A stretch of 52,770 nt of DNA, the filler included, from Squatina squatina (taxonomy: Eukaryota): the NCBI GenBank assembly GCA_031763465.1. It is 3 parts of 3 records of this genome, joined end to end, with 100 filler letters (N's around TTAATTAATTAA, not from the genome) between each part and the next. Parts side by side here need not be neighbours in the genome. Positions count along the whole stretch, not along the records: positions 38,329 to 52,770 come from JARFOE010000051.1; 2 more parts are not named here. One strand, written 5' to 3'. Of this stretch, positions 38,611 to 49,650 are shown one piece after another. A program made the translations under genes and the position numbers. Within the stretch, counting starts at the first letter, position 1. Each line of letters opens with the position of its first letter. The notes under the pieces are model-generated. The model made no database searches and was not told the DNA's origin. It saw only the letters and a program-made list of their open reading frames with translations.

Positions 38611-39050
38611 GGGAGGTGAAATTCCGTACATCTGGGCGTCTCTATATTGCTAGGCATAGGCGGTATGGAGGCGCAAAACCGTTTTTTTGGCAAAAGCAGA
38701 GCGATTAACACCACGATGGAAATTTGGCTCCCGTTTTGCGGAGCCGTCCAAAGGGAACGCCCGACGAGGTGCCATTCTCGGCGGCGCATGGTAATGGTGA
38801 CATCATCACTGCGCGCAACGCCCCCTGAGCGACCCAGCAGAAAATTCTCTGCTGAAAATGCAGGGGGCGACAGGTGTAAACACCGCCCAAAAAAAACCTA
38901 TTGCTACACAGGCTGCCCGTGGCGCTACGCCATCTTGTTTAAAGTTTTAAAGCGCCGACTCATAGCGAGAACGATGACTGGCTGAAGGGGTGCCTGTCAT
39001 CGGCTCCTGCCGATTCGGGCTTCATAATGGTTCATTTCCTACTGGTGAAG
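38611..39050. mobile_element. CpG-rich non-autonomous DNA element, left part
   Basis: Starts GGGAGGTGAAATTCCG, similar to other GGG/GGC..AAATT termini in the window. Abrupt CpG-rich block with no credible ORF. Confidence 0.4.
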
Positions 39051-39299
39051 CCTTGAAAGACTTTTAAACCTTCAGCTGAGGGTAACTTTGAAAGGTACTA
39101 TGACCATNNNNNNNNNNNNNNNNNNNNNNNNNNNNNNNNNNNNNNNNNNNNNNNNNNNNNNNNNNNNNNNNNNNNNNNNNNNNNNNNNNNNNNNNNNNNN
39201 NNNNNNNAGTAACCTGTAGGTCAGTGCAGCGTTAAAAAATGTTCAACAATATTAAAATACTTAGAGATGCAAGAAAGATGGTCTGTTACAGAATTAGGA

Positions 39300-39779
39300 G
39301 TATATCAATGGTTTGGATGAGGGGACCAAATGTAATACATCCAAATTTGCTGATGATACAAAGCTAGGTGGGAGTGTAAGTTGTGAGCAGGATGTGAAGA
39401 GACTGCAAGGGGATATAGACAGGTTAAGTGAGTGGGCAAGAAATGATAAATGGAATACAATGTGGAGAATTGTGAAGTTATTCAATTTGGTAGGAAAAAT
39501 AGAAAAGCAGAGTTTTTTTTAAATGATGAGATATTGGGAAATGTTGGTGTTCAGAGGGGCCTGAGTGTCCTTGTGCACAAATCACTGAAAGTTAATATGC
39601 AGGTTGAGCAAGCAATTAGGAAAGTAAATGGTATGTATGCCTTTGTTACAAAAGAATTTGTGTATAATGTCTTACTGCAATTATACAGGACCTCAGTGAG
39701 ACCACGCCAAGAGTATTGTGTACAGTTTTGGTGTCCTTGCCCAAGGAAGGACATACTTGCCATAGAGGGAGTGCAATAA
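39300..39779 (+). mobile_element. CR1 LINE RT fragment (frameshifted)
   Basis: YINGLDEGTKCNTSKFADDTKLGG...LQGDIDRLSEWA, then VLLQLYRTSVRPRQEYCVQFW. Confidence 0.9.
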
Positions 39780-40129
39780 NNNNNNNNNNNNNNNNNNNNN
39801 NNNNNNNNNNNNNNNNNNNNNNNNNNNNNNNNNNNNNNNNNNNNNNNNNNNNNNNNNNNNNNNNNNNNNNNNNNNNNNNTTGAGGATGTTATTAAACATT
39901 GCAGTTAGCGCAACAGCATCCATATACTGTGACAGTTTATACAAGCCTGCAGTTTCCTGTTGTACTATGAGATGCTAATAAATGATGTTTTGTTTTAATT
40001 AACAAATAATTTTGTTTCATGACTGCCACATCCTTCAGATTGGATATTAACAACAGGTCCTGTTTAAGTAGGCATTAAAAGATCTTGTGTCACTATTTGA
40101 AGAGCGGTGAGTTATCTTGGCCTTGTGAC

Positions 40130-40310
40130 TATCTTTTCTCCCTCAACCAGCACCACCAAAAAGCAGTCATTTATCTCATTGATGTTTGTAGAAAGCTGTT
40201 GGTGCAGAATGTCTGCCATATAATTTGTCTACATAACCTTGCATTGCAAAACATAATTCAGGTGTGAAGTACTTAGAGATGATGTGATGAGGTGTTATGC
40301 CGATGCAAGA
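40130..40310 (+). mobile_element. Old, decayed Deu-SINE 3' part
   Basis: Weak similarity to the other Deu-SINE copies (CCCTCAACCAGCACCACCAAAA...TATCTCATTGATGTTTGT). Confidence 0.4.
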
Positions 40311-41274
40311 ATTTTGCAATGCAAGATTATATTTTCTGTAATTATATCAAAGTAGTTGCTCGGCATGTTTTTTTTGCCACATTTCAAGTTTGTGTAGCAG
40401 TTTGACAAAGATCAGACTGCCATGTTTCAGGATGCCATCATTTTTTTTAAGTCCTTATCTTTAATAATAGTGTTCTTTCCTCCCTAATTTTTCTTCCCAA
40501 TTGGCCCCCATATCCTGTGACACTTCCAGATGTACAATTTGTCGGGCACTGGCAGCTCAAGTGGCTGCTCTTCATTTGCATGCGTAGACCAAGTGTTGGA
40601 AGGTTATTTGACCAGAGAGCACCACAGCTGAGGCTAATTCTGCCCTCTGCCAACATCTCCTCAGTTTTAGCAATTGTCATTGGAGATCAGATTAAGGTAC
40701 CTGGCCCTGTCTGAGCTCAACTAACTGAGCATAGATACAGGATGGCTCAAATACCACAATGCATTGATGTGTGTTTATTTTAAAAAGAGGACAGTGTCAT
40801 GAGGTGGAAGAGAGTACATATGACATCAGCAAATAATGAACAAGTAAGGAAGGGCGTGAGAGGAATTTAGCCAGTGTAGACCAATAAAATACCCAAAGCT
40901 TTCCTTTTTAGATAGCTTTCCATATGAAATGTTCCATAAATTATGCATTAATTTGAAGATAGGATATAGTTTTGCTGAATCTGCATCATTAAAATTTAAC
41001 ATTTTTGTATCTGCAAACGTTACATTAACAGGGTGCAGCTTTAGGTCCAAAGGTGGGGGACTGGCAGACGACAAGATTACATTGCTTCTTCCCCGATTAT
41101 GAATTTACTTAAACATACCAATGAAAGTGTCCTTGCTGTAAATTGATATACCTTGGTCAACAAGTTGAGGGGATTCTCTAAGAAATGGTTTCTTCTGATG
41201 AGGTGTTCTGCAAGAACAAAGTAGAACGCTCCATGGCTTTTGATTTAGGAATTCTTAAAAGTAAACTGCTTCAC

Positions 41275-42462
41275 CTGGCTTGAAGATCAATGTGCCTTCG
41301 CTGTATTCGTAGTCTGAGCCGGCATTGGCTGAGCCGTCTTCCGTTCGGTAGTCCACATAGAAGGTGCTGTTCTGCTCACCGCCTTTGCACACCACGGTCA
41401 GAGTGACAAGTCCACAGTTCTCGAGGCACTGGTAATTGGCGGGCTCGAAGCAGATGTGGCTGCACATCTCCTCCGCTGTGTCAAGCTTCGCCTCGTGCAG
41501 GTTGGTGGTCTTCTTTGCATGGTCGGCAGCATGCTTCTTCAAGATGTTGCCCGCGCCGGTCATCATCCTCGTGGCCTGAATGCGGTAGAAGGCCCTGCTC
41601 TTTTGCTGATGGAGCAGGGCGTAGTAATTGGCCATCTCGACTAGTTGCTCCAGCTCTCGGTCGGGATACTTTTGCTTGAGGTCTTTGAGGATTCGGATGG
41701 CTTCCTTGCGACTCTCGTCTAAGTCTTTGGCTTCCAGAGTGATCACGGTTCCATCAGGAAGGACACTGTCTCCATGCTCCAGGATCATTTTCCCATCCAT
41801 CTCAATCCCCTTGGGGNNNNNNNNNNNNNNNNNNNNNNNNNNNNNNNNNNNNNNNNNNNNNNNNNNNNNNNNNNNNNNNNNNNNNNNNNAGAGTAGCCTC
41901 TTATCGGCGATCCAAGCGAAGACTACGCAAACTGGGAAGAACATGAGGGTCAACAACCCTTCCCAAACCTGGACAACGCCGGGGGAGAAGACTGCCAGAA
42001 TCAGGTACATCCAGATATAGGCGAAAATGCTCCACGAAGCAGTGACGAAAAACACGCGCAAATGCTTGACTCTCCGAACTTCACCATCGGGGATGCAGTA
42101 GACGCATACGGCCATGATGACAAACATGTTGAAGGCCGCACTGCCGACAATCGTCCCAGGACCCAATTGTCCGGCGTGGAAGCCGTGCCCACACACCTCG
42201 ATGAGCGACAAGAGGATTTCCGGTGCTGAGGAGCCTAGAGCCATGAGGGTCAAGTTGGACACAGTCTCGTTCCAGATTCGAACGGTGGCTATGCTGGTCT
42301 CCCCGTTGGGTTTAGTGATGGTGATCTCTTTCTCCTGTGAAGTGATAACTTCAATGGATGCCATGAAGCGATCGGCTATGATGGAGACGCCAAGGAACAT
42401 GTACATCATCGCAACAAAGTAGACGATAGCCCTGGCAACTTTGTCTCCTAAGGACGGGTTTT
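41275..42462 (-). CDS. SLC8A2: Sodium/calcium exchanger, large first coding exon (N-terminal TM segments, alpha-1 repeat, start of Calx-beta CBD1); 5' end lost in the gap
   Basis: Open frame NPSLGDKVARAIVYFVAMMYMFLGVSIIADRF...NLTLMALGSSAPEILLS...FKPG, ending at probable donor CAG|GTGAAG (41274). The internal 73-N gap keeps the frame (25 codons, the expected spacing). NCX2-type residues: ITITK, GPGTIVG, FFVTASW, ALLHQQ, STFYVDYRT, GSDYEYSEGTL. SLC8 family is certain; the paralogue call is from recall. Confidence 0.82.
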
Positions 42463-42562
42463 NNNNNNNNNNNNNNNNNNNNNNNNNNNNNNNNNNNNNN
42501 NNNNNNNNNNNNNNNNNNNNNNNNNNNNNNNNNNNNNNNNNNNNNNNNNNNNNNNNNNNNNN

Positions 42563-43150
42563 CCCTTGCAGAGAGTTTTAAATGTTCAAGGCGCGCGTAC
42601 CCCTGGTGCTCACTCTTGTTGCAAGATGAAGCTCGATTTTTTTTTTTTCTCTTTTGCCCGAAACCTTTTAGCCGCTCTCCTCATCCCCACACGCGCAGTC
42701 GATCCACTTACATGCGAGCACCGGGAAGCCTCCGAAGACTCGAGGTTTGCCGGGGTTGGAGGCGGTGGGGGGGTGGGGCGGGGGGGGAGGTGGTGTGGAG
42801 GGCGGTGGCGTGCAACCTCCGACGTCGGGAATTCCTGGTGAAAGGGGAGACCCCGGGATCTTGCTCAGCTGCCTCAGACTCGACGCTGCTGCACCGACAG
42901 CTGCAGCCTGTGGATCTCGGCTTGCCTGAAGCAGCTGACTCGGTGAGATCGGGAATTCCTGATGCCGCAGCCTTCATCAACACAGGGAACTCCCATTAAA
43001 TCAGCCAGCCTGACCAAAAAAAAAAAAAATCCCGGGAATTACTGGCAGCAGCAACTCAATCTTGCCGAGGGGTTCTGTGAAACCTCGGGAATCTCCCAGA
43101 CAAACTGCTGTGAGCACGTTAAGCTTTAGCACGCAGTGTCCAGGAGAACC
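42563..43150 (-). promoter_or_regulatory. GC/CpG-rich 5' UTR or promoter region of the SLC8A gene
   Basis: High CpG density and G-runs immediately 5' of the coding exon, across one gap. Possible acceptor T14-GGTCAG ending at 43010 on the - strand. Confidence 0.55.
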
Positions 43151-43424
43151 GTTGTCAGGAAATGCATCGTGTTATAAAAACGGAGAGCTGGTGGTGCTGT
43201 GAAATTATTAATTGACTGCACAGAAAGAAATGACAGCTTAAAGGTACCGTAAAACCCAGCGTATGTGTCGCACCTGCTGCTCTGTTCCTGGCTGTTTTAC
43301 AACTGAGGATTCCCTCCTTAAATCAATCATACCTCAGCGTCGCCTCTGCTGACAGGTCCCCATCTGACGAATAGTACCCTGCAGGGCGATTCAGAACTGA
43401 GACACATCAGCTTGCTTTAATATG

Positions 43425-43609
43425 TAGGGTGAACAGATCTTAAGATTGCCAAACCGGGACAAGCAATCTGTGCATGCACAGTCAGGGCTCTGTCCCTTGC
43501 TCCTAGAAACCAGGACATTAGAGCAAATTGAAGGTAAGTGTCGGGACATCGGGACGTGTCCTGATAAACCGGGACTGTCCCGGCAAAACCGGGCAGTTTG
43601 GTCACCCTA
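43425..43609. mobile_element. 185-bp hAT-Blackjack-like (MER81/MER94-type) non-autonomous element
   Basis: TIRs TAGGGTGAACAGA / TTTGGTCACCCTA, several CGGGAC subterminal motifs, and a degenerate 8-bp TSD (TTAATATG / TTTATATA). Confidence 0.8.
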
Positions 43610-43866
43610 TTTATATAGCACCTTTAACGTAAAGAAACATCCCAAGGCGCTTCCCAGGAGTGTGATCAGACAAGGAATTTGACACCGAGCCACATAAGGA
43701 GACATTAGGACTGGTCTCCAAAAGCTCGGCCAAAGAGTTTTTAAGGAGCATCTTAAAGGAGAAGAGATGAAGAAGTTTCGGGAGAGAATTCCAGAGCTTA
43801 GGGTCTCGGCAGCTGAAGGCACAGTTGTCAGTGGTGGGGCGAAGGAATTGGAGGATGCGCAGAACA
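43610..43866 (-). mobile_element. L2 LINE 3' end
   Basis: Reverse complement of the L2 tail (TTTATATAGCACCTTTAACGTAAAGAAACATCCCAAGGCGCTT...GACACCGAGCC), homologous to about 870-1078 and 44875-44979. Confidence 0.75.
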
Positions 43867-43966
43867 NNNNNNNNNNNNNNNNNNNNNNNNNNNNNNNNNN
43901 NNNNNNNNNNNNNNNNNNNNNNNNNNNNNNNNNNNNNNNNNNNNNNNNNNNNNNNNNNNNNNNNNN

Positions 43967-44137
43967 GTCAAAATCCTGGAACTCCCTCCCTAACAGCACT
44001 GTGGGAGTTCCTTCACCTCAAGGACTGCAGCGGTTCAAGAAGGCGGCTCATCACCACCTTCTCGAGGGCAATTAGGGGTGGGCAATAAATGCTGGCCTTG
44101 CCAGCGATGCCCACATCCCAGGAACGAATAAAAAAAA
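43967..44137 (+). mobile_element. 3' end of a CR1-group LINE, partner of SINE family 2
   Basis: ORF2 C-terminus SKSWNSLPNSTVGVPSPQGLQRFKKAAHHHLLEGN*, then the tail shared with 29814-30172. Confidence 0.7.
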
Positions 44138-44397
44138 GGCAGTGACATAGACCAACAAAGACGAAGATCTAACGAGTTTGCCTTCTATCATCCTGGTAGT
44201 CGCATGATACATCGTTAATGGAGTTGCTGACTAATCCATCTCAATCAATCTCTACCACTTAGTCTACAACTTAGACCCAGGCATGAGGTGAGGAAAACCC
44301 CCAGTGGTGAAGAGCTTTGGAAACCATAGATCATCTTCTCCACCTGAGCACGCTACACTCACCACATGCCATGTCCCAAATTACTCATGTAAAACAA

Positions 44398-44820
44398 AAG
44401 AAAGACGTGCATTTACATAGCAACTTCCACAACCACCAGACGTCTCAAAGAGCTTTACAGCCGAGGAAGTACTTTCCAAATGTACTCACTGTTGTAATGT
44501 GGGAAACGTGGCAGCCAGTTTGCGCACAGCAAGCTCCCACAAACTACAATGTGATAATGACCAGATAATCTGATTTTTTTAATGTTGATTGAGGGATAAA
44601 TATTGGGCAGGACACCAGAGAGAACACCCCTGCTCTCCTTCGAAATAGTGCCATAGGATCTTTTACGAGAGCAGACGAGGCCTAGGTTTAACTTCTCATC
44701 GGAAAGACAGCACCTCTGACAGTGCCGCACTCCCTCAACACTGCACTGGGGATGTCAGCCTGGATTTTTGTGTGCAGGTCCCTAGAGTGGGGCTCGCACC
44801 CACAACCTTCTGACTCCAAG
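44398..44820 (-). mobile_element. Deu-domain SINE (SacSINE1-like), nearly complete
   Basis: Partial tRNA-like head near 44780-44820, Deu core and L2-type tail, collinear with 46679-47133. Confidence 0.85.
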
Positions 44821-44874
44821 ACTCCACTTGGCTCTGAAAAAGGTTGTGAACGTGGATTGACTATTCAACCCTAA

Positions 44875-44979
44875 CAACAACTTGCATTTATATTGGGCTT
44901 TTAATGCAGTAAAACGTCCCAAGACGCTTCACAGGTGCATTATCAAACAAAATTTGACACCGAGCCACATTACGAGATG
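44875..44979 (-). mobile_element. L2 LINE 3' tail
   Basis: ACAACAACTTGCATTTATA...CCCAAGACGCTTCACAGG...GACACCGAGCCAC. Confidence 0.7.
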
Positions 44980-45134
44980 NNNNNNNNNNNNNNNNNNNNN
45001 NNNNNNNNNNNNNNNNNNNNNNNNNNNNNNNNNNNNNNNNNNNNNNNNNNNNNNNNNNNNNNNNNNNNNNNNNNNNNNNAGTGTGTTGTACCTACCTGTA
45101 CATTCACTTCTCTGAGTTGACAGATGCTGTAAGG

Positions 45135-45470
45135 GAATGGTAGCACAGTGGCACTGTTACTGGACTCGTAGTCTAGATGCCTGACCTACTAATCTTTCAA
45201 ATCCCACCACAGTAACTGGTGAATTTAAATTCAGCTAATTAAATAAATCTGGAAGTTTGAAAAAATAAAGCTAGCATGGTGGCCATGAAATTACTGTGTT
45301 GTTGTAAAAATCCATCTGGTTCCCAAATGTTCATTAGGAAAGAAAATTTGCTGTCCTTACCCTATATCTGACTTCAGCAATGTGGTTGACTCTTAACTGC
45401 CCTGGTGGTTCACCACCACCTTCTCAAGGGCATTTAGGGATGGGCAATAAGTACTGGCCATGAGCAAATA
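45135..45470 (+). mobile_element. SINE family 2 with tRNA-like head
   Basis: Head GGTAGCACAGTGG...TTCAAATCCCACC, core as in 29814-30172, tail GGGCATTTAGGGATGGGCAATAA. Confidence 0.7.
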
Positions 45471-46014
45471 AATTTTAAAAAATACACTAATGGTATGCTT
45501 TGTGCAACCTGGAAAAATGATAGGCTGCTTGAGATCAGTGCAGTGTGATGCATCCTGACCATGGGTTGCCATGGAGACAGTTGATGGGGGGAAGTGCATC
45601 ATTGCACCATGTTGGCAGCTGGTGAACTATCAACGACATGGACTTATTGGGCAAAATGGCCTTTCTCCTGCTGCTAGGAATTCTTGTGATGGATGGGAGA
45701 TGCCTGCAATTAAATCATTCCTGTTTTCTTTTTACTAAACAAATGACTAAAAAAGTTCAAGGAGGAATGGGCTGATAGGGCTGGCGGACTCCAGCATTGT
45801 AATTGGAAAGTGTTCATATTTGGCAAGTGTTTTTTAAAACTGCGTTTGGACTGCGACATTAAAGCTCAAAGGATACTTCTGTCTTCCAGCAGGGCAAATA
45901 TTTGCGGAACCAGACCAGAACTTTGCAACACCTACACCTTGTTTGTCCAAAGGAAAATCAATGCAGTCTTGACAAGAGTCAACAATTGGGAGGCAAGAAG
46001 AAAGCAAATGGGCC

Positions 46015-46230
46015 TCTTGTCCTGGCCAATATTTATCCCTCAATCAACATCACTAAAACAGATTATCTGGTCATTATCACATTGCTGTTTGTGGGAGCTT
46101 GCTGTGCATAAATTGGCTGCAACGTTTCCTACATTACAACAGTGACTACACTTCAAAAGTACTTCATTGGCTGCAAAGTGCTTTGGGACATCCTGAGGTT
46201 GTGAAAGGCACTATAGAAATGCAAGTCTTC
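46015..46230 (+). mobile_element. Deu-domain SINE 3' part
   Basis: High similarity to the other copies; ends GTGAAAGGCACTATAGAAATGCAAGTCTT. Confidence 0.85.
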
Positions 46231-46678
46231 TACTGTCTGAACCACAGCTGAACTCTCCATCATAGCAACTACTTACCGCAGTCTGCACGATAGACCAGTC
46301 CTGTCCTGCAAGAACCCTTAAAAACCCCAGCAAAATACAAAATTCAGATGACCCATGACCTGTTCTAGGGGCTTGCCCCCGACAACGTTGTACACTAGTA
46401 ACCATCTAACAATGGCCATATAATATTTGCAAGAGTGTAACAACACAAGACCATCTGTGTAAAAAAGTCCATATTTATATCTCCTGCCTGCTGCAATAAG
46501 GCAAAAACCTAGTCATCAACAATGCAGCTCTATTGTCACAGAGTATGGTCCTGACTCTGGATGGGTATGAGTGGAGACTGCTGACTTACATTGTTCTGCA
46601 TGCATCACTGTATGTGTGAATACTTAATCACACAGCTTCAATCGCGGCTATCGAACGCCACTGGCGTTTTTAAAGTCA

Positions 46679-47133
46679 AAGAAAGAAAGAATAGCATTTC
46701 TATAGCACCTTTCATGGCCACTGTGCGTCTAAATCACTTCACAGCCAATGAAGTACTCTTTGGCATGTAGTCACTGTTGTAATGAAGGAAATTCAGCAGC
46801 TAATGTGTACACAGCAAGCTCCCACACACAGCAATATGATAATGACCAGATAATCTGTTTTTTGTGATGTTGATTGAGGGATAAATATTGGCCAGGACAC
46901 CGGAGAGAACTCCCCTGTTCTTCTTCAAAATAGTGGCCATGGGATCTTTTACATCCACCCGAGAGAGCAGGTGGGGCCTCGGTTTAACGCCTCATCTGAA
47001 AGACGGCACCTCCGACAGTGCAGCACTCCCTCAGCACTGCACTGGGAGTGTCAGCCTAGATTTTTGTGCTCAAGTCCCTCAACCTTCTGACTTAGAGGTG
47101 AGTGTGCTACCCACTGAGCCATAGCTGACACTG
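46679..47133 (-). mobile_element. Near full-length tRNA-derived Deu-domain SINE (SacSINE1-like)
   Basis: - strand head GTCAGCTATGGCTCAGTGGGTAGCAC (A box), Deu core GCTGCACTGTCGGAGGTGCCGTCTTTCAGATGAGGCGTTAAACCGAGG, L2-type tail and TTTC repeats. Confidence 0.88.
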
Positions 47134-47134
47134 G

Positions 47135-47464
47135 AACATAAGAACATAAGAATTAGGAGCGGAAGTAGGTCATTCGGCCCCTCGAGCCTGCTCCACCATT
47201 TAAGGAGATCATGGCTGATCTTCGACCTCAACTACATTTCCTGCCCGATCCCCAAATCCCTTGATTCCCCTGGAGTCCAAAAATCTATCAATCTCAGTCT
47301 TGAATATACTCAATGACTGAGCCTCCACAGCCTTCTGGGGCAGAGAATTCCAAAGATTTACCACCCTCTGAGTGAAGAAATTCCTCCTCATCTCAGTCCT
47401 AAATGGCCGACCCCTTATTCTGAGACTGTGACCACCAGTTCTAGATTCCCCCACAAGGGGAAAC
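47135..47464 (-). mobile_element. CR1 LINE 3' end, well preserved
   Basis: GESRTGGHSLRIRGRPFRTEMRRNFFTQRVVNLWNSLPQKAVEA, then 3' UTR and a terminal TTCTTATG repeat. Confidence 0.9.
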
Positions 47465-47564
47465 NNNNNNNNNNNNNNNNNNNNNNNNNNNNNNNNNNNN
47501 NNNNNNNNNNNNNNNNNNNNNNNNNNNNNNNNNNNNNNNNNNNNNNNNNNNNNNNNNNNNNNNN

Positions 47565-47872
47565 TAAACCGAAGCCCCGGCTGTCCTCTCAGGGGGACAT
47601 AAATGATCCCACAGCACTATTGGAAGAAGAGCAGGGGGGAGTTATCCCCAGTGTCCTGCGGCCAATATTTATCCCTCAACCAATATCATTAAAACCGATT
47701 ATCTGGTCAATGATCACACTGCTGTTTGTGGGAACTTGCTGTGTTCTAACTGGCTGCCACGTTTCCCACATTACAACAGTGACTTCAATTCCAAAGTACT
47801 TTGTTGGCTGTAAAACTCTTTGAGACGTCATAGGTCGTGAAAGATGCTTTATAATTGCAAGTTCTTTCCTTC
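47565..47872 (+). mobile_element. Deu-domain SINE, 5' end in the gap
   Basis: Collinear with 46679-47133. Confidence 0.8.
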
Positions 47873-48348
47873 TTGCTTTCTTTACATAGCATCTCACCAT
47901 ACTGCGACGTCTCAAAGCATTTCACACATTGAATGACATTTTGAGGTGTAGTGAATGTTTTACAGGTTAAGCAACAATCATTACCACGATGATGTGGAAA
48001 TAGTTAAAAGGTTATAACAACCAGCCTGCATCGAAAAGAATAAAAACAGCTTACTGTTTCAGGTGGGACATTTCATCCGAACTTGGCTTGTGGGTGAAGG
48101 AGGCATTGAATGAGTGCGTGCTGATCAGTGAGGTTCCGTATCTGAATGGTTATTTACTCAGAACTGCCTCTTTAAGGGAGTGTATGCCTCCAGAAATTGT
48201 CCTTTCACTTCTAATAAGACTCCAAGGGTTGTTGTAGTGGTTTCTCCANNNNNNNNNNNNNNNNNNNNNNNNNNNNNNNNNNNNNNNNNNNNNNNNNNNN
48301 NNNNNNNNNNNNNNNNNNNNNNNNNNNNNNNNNNNNNNNNNNNNNNNN

Positions 48349-48430
48349 CCGGGCTAATATTTATCCCTCAATCAACATCAGTAAAACAGGTTATCTGGTC
48401 ATCGCTGTTTGTGGGAGCTTGCTGTGTGTG
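48349..48430 (+). mobile_element. Deu-domain SINE fragment
   Basis: AATATTTATCCCTCAATCAACATC...GCTGTTTGTGGGAGCTTGCTGTG. Confidence 0.7.
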
Positions 48431-48590
48431 TTATATCGCAATGTGCAATGCCAAACCGATGCTGGATTCTTCTACACCTCCATAACTATTATTCTCCATA
48501 TAAAATGATAACTATTCCACCTTTAAAACTGACAGTATGTTATTTTTTGAATTGATTAAATTTGACTAAACATCTCATGAACATACAACT

Positions 48591-48951
48591 TTTTTTTGTT
48601 CATTCACGAGATGTGGGCATTACTTGCAAGGCTGGCATTTGTTGTCCATCCCTAATTGCCCTTTGTGAAGATGATAATGAGCTGCCTTCTTGAACCACTG
48701 CAGTCCATAGTGGTTTGGTGGCTTGCTGGGCCATTTCAGAGGGCAGTTAAGAATCAAACACATTGCTGTGGGTCTGGAGTCACGTGTAGGCCAGATCGGG
48801 TAAGGACGGCAGATTTCCTTCCCTAAAGGGCATTAGTGAATCAGATGGGTTTTTGGGACAATCTGATAGTTTCATGGTCACCATTACTCACACGAGCTTT
48901 TTATTCCAGATTTATTTAATTAACTGAATTTAAATTCTGCAGCTGCCGTGG
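48591..48951 (-). mobile_element. SINE family 2 (possibly MetaSINE-like)
   Basis: Reverse complement of the 29814-30172 core and tail. Confidence 0.78.
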
Positions 48952-49051
48952 NNNNNNNNNNNNNNNNNNNNNNNNNNNNNNNNNNNNNNNNNNNNNNNNN
49001 NNNNNNNNNNNNNNNNNNNNNNNNNNNNNNNNNNNNNNNNNNNNNNNNNNN

Positions 49052-49490
49052 TTCTCCTCCAGTTTGAGCAGTCTTGGGCCAGAGATTCCCTGGAGTCGAT
49101 GAGGATGCTACATTTTTTCAAGGAGGCTTTGACGATGTCCTTGAAGCGTTTTCTCTGCCCTCCTGGAAATCGCTTGCCGTGGCTGAGCTCAGAGTAGAGT
49201 GATTGTTTTGGGAGTCTTATGTCAGACATGTGGACAATGTGGCCCGCTCATCAGAGCTGATTAAGCATGGTCGATGGCTCGATGCTGGGGATTTTGACCT
49301 GAGAGAGGACACTGACATTGGTATGCCTACCCTGCCAATGGATTTGTAGGATTTTGCAGAGGCAACATTGGTGGTACTCCTCCAGTGCTTTGAGGTGCCT
49401 ACTCTACGTTGTTCATGTTTCTGAAGCATACAGGAGGGTGGGTATCACTGCTGCTCTGTAGACCATGAGCTTGGTGCCGGGTTTGAAGAG
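49052..49490 (-). mobile_element. RTE-clade (BovB-like) LINE ORF2 C-terminal fragment
   Basis: KPGTKLMVYRAAVIPTLLYASET and MSDIRLPKQSLYSELSHGKRFPGGQRKRFKDIVKASLKKC, typical RTE motifs. Confidence 0.85.
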
Positions 49491-49650
49491 GTGCTATCTC
49501 TCTCAAATAAAACTCCTAATATGTGGTGTTTTTGGAATAGTACTGCAACTCACACCCTTCCCTTCATATAAATTTGAACCTTTAAAAATATTGTACTATA
49601 TTATCTGAACTTTCAATCTCATCAAACTCCAGGCAAAAAAATCCCATCAA

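Noticed and set aside
38647-38985. 112-aa GC-rich ORF or CpG-island promoter
   Set aside because: No recognisable domain. The block begins with a terminus like other TIR elements in the window, so a transposon is the better explanation.
47070-47133. tRNA gene
   Set aside because: It has an A-box-like head only, with a damaged B box and no full cloverleaf, and is fused to the SINE body.
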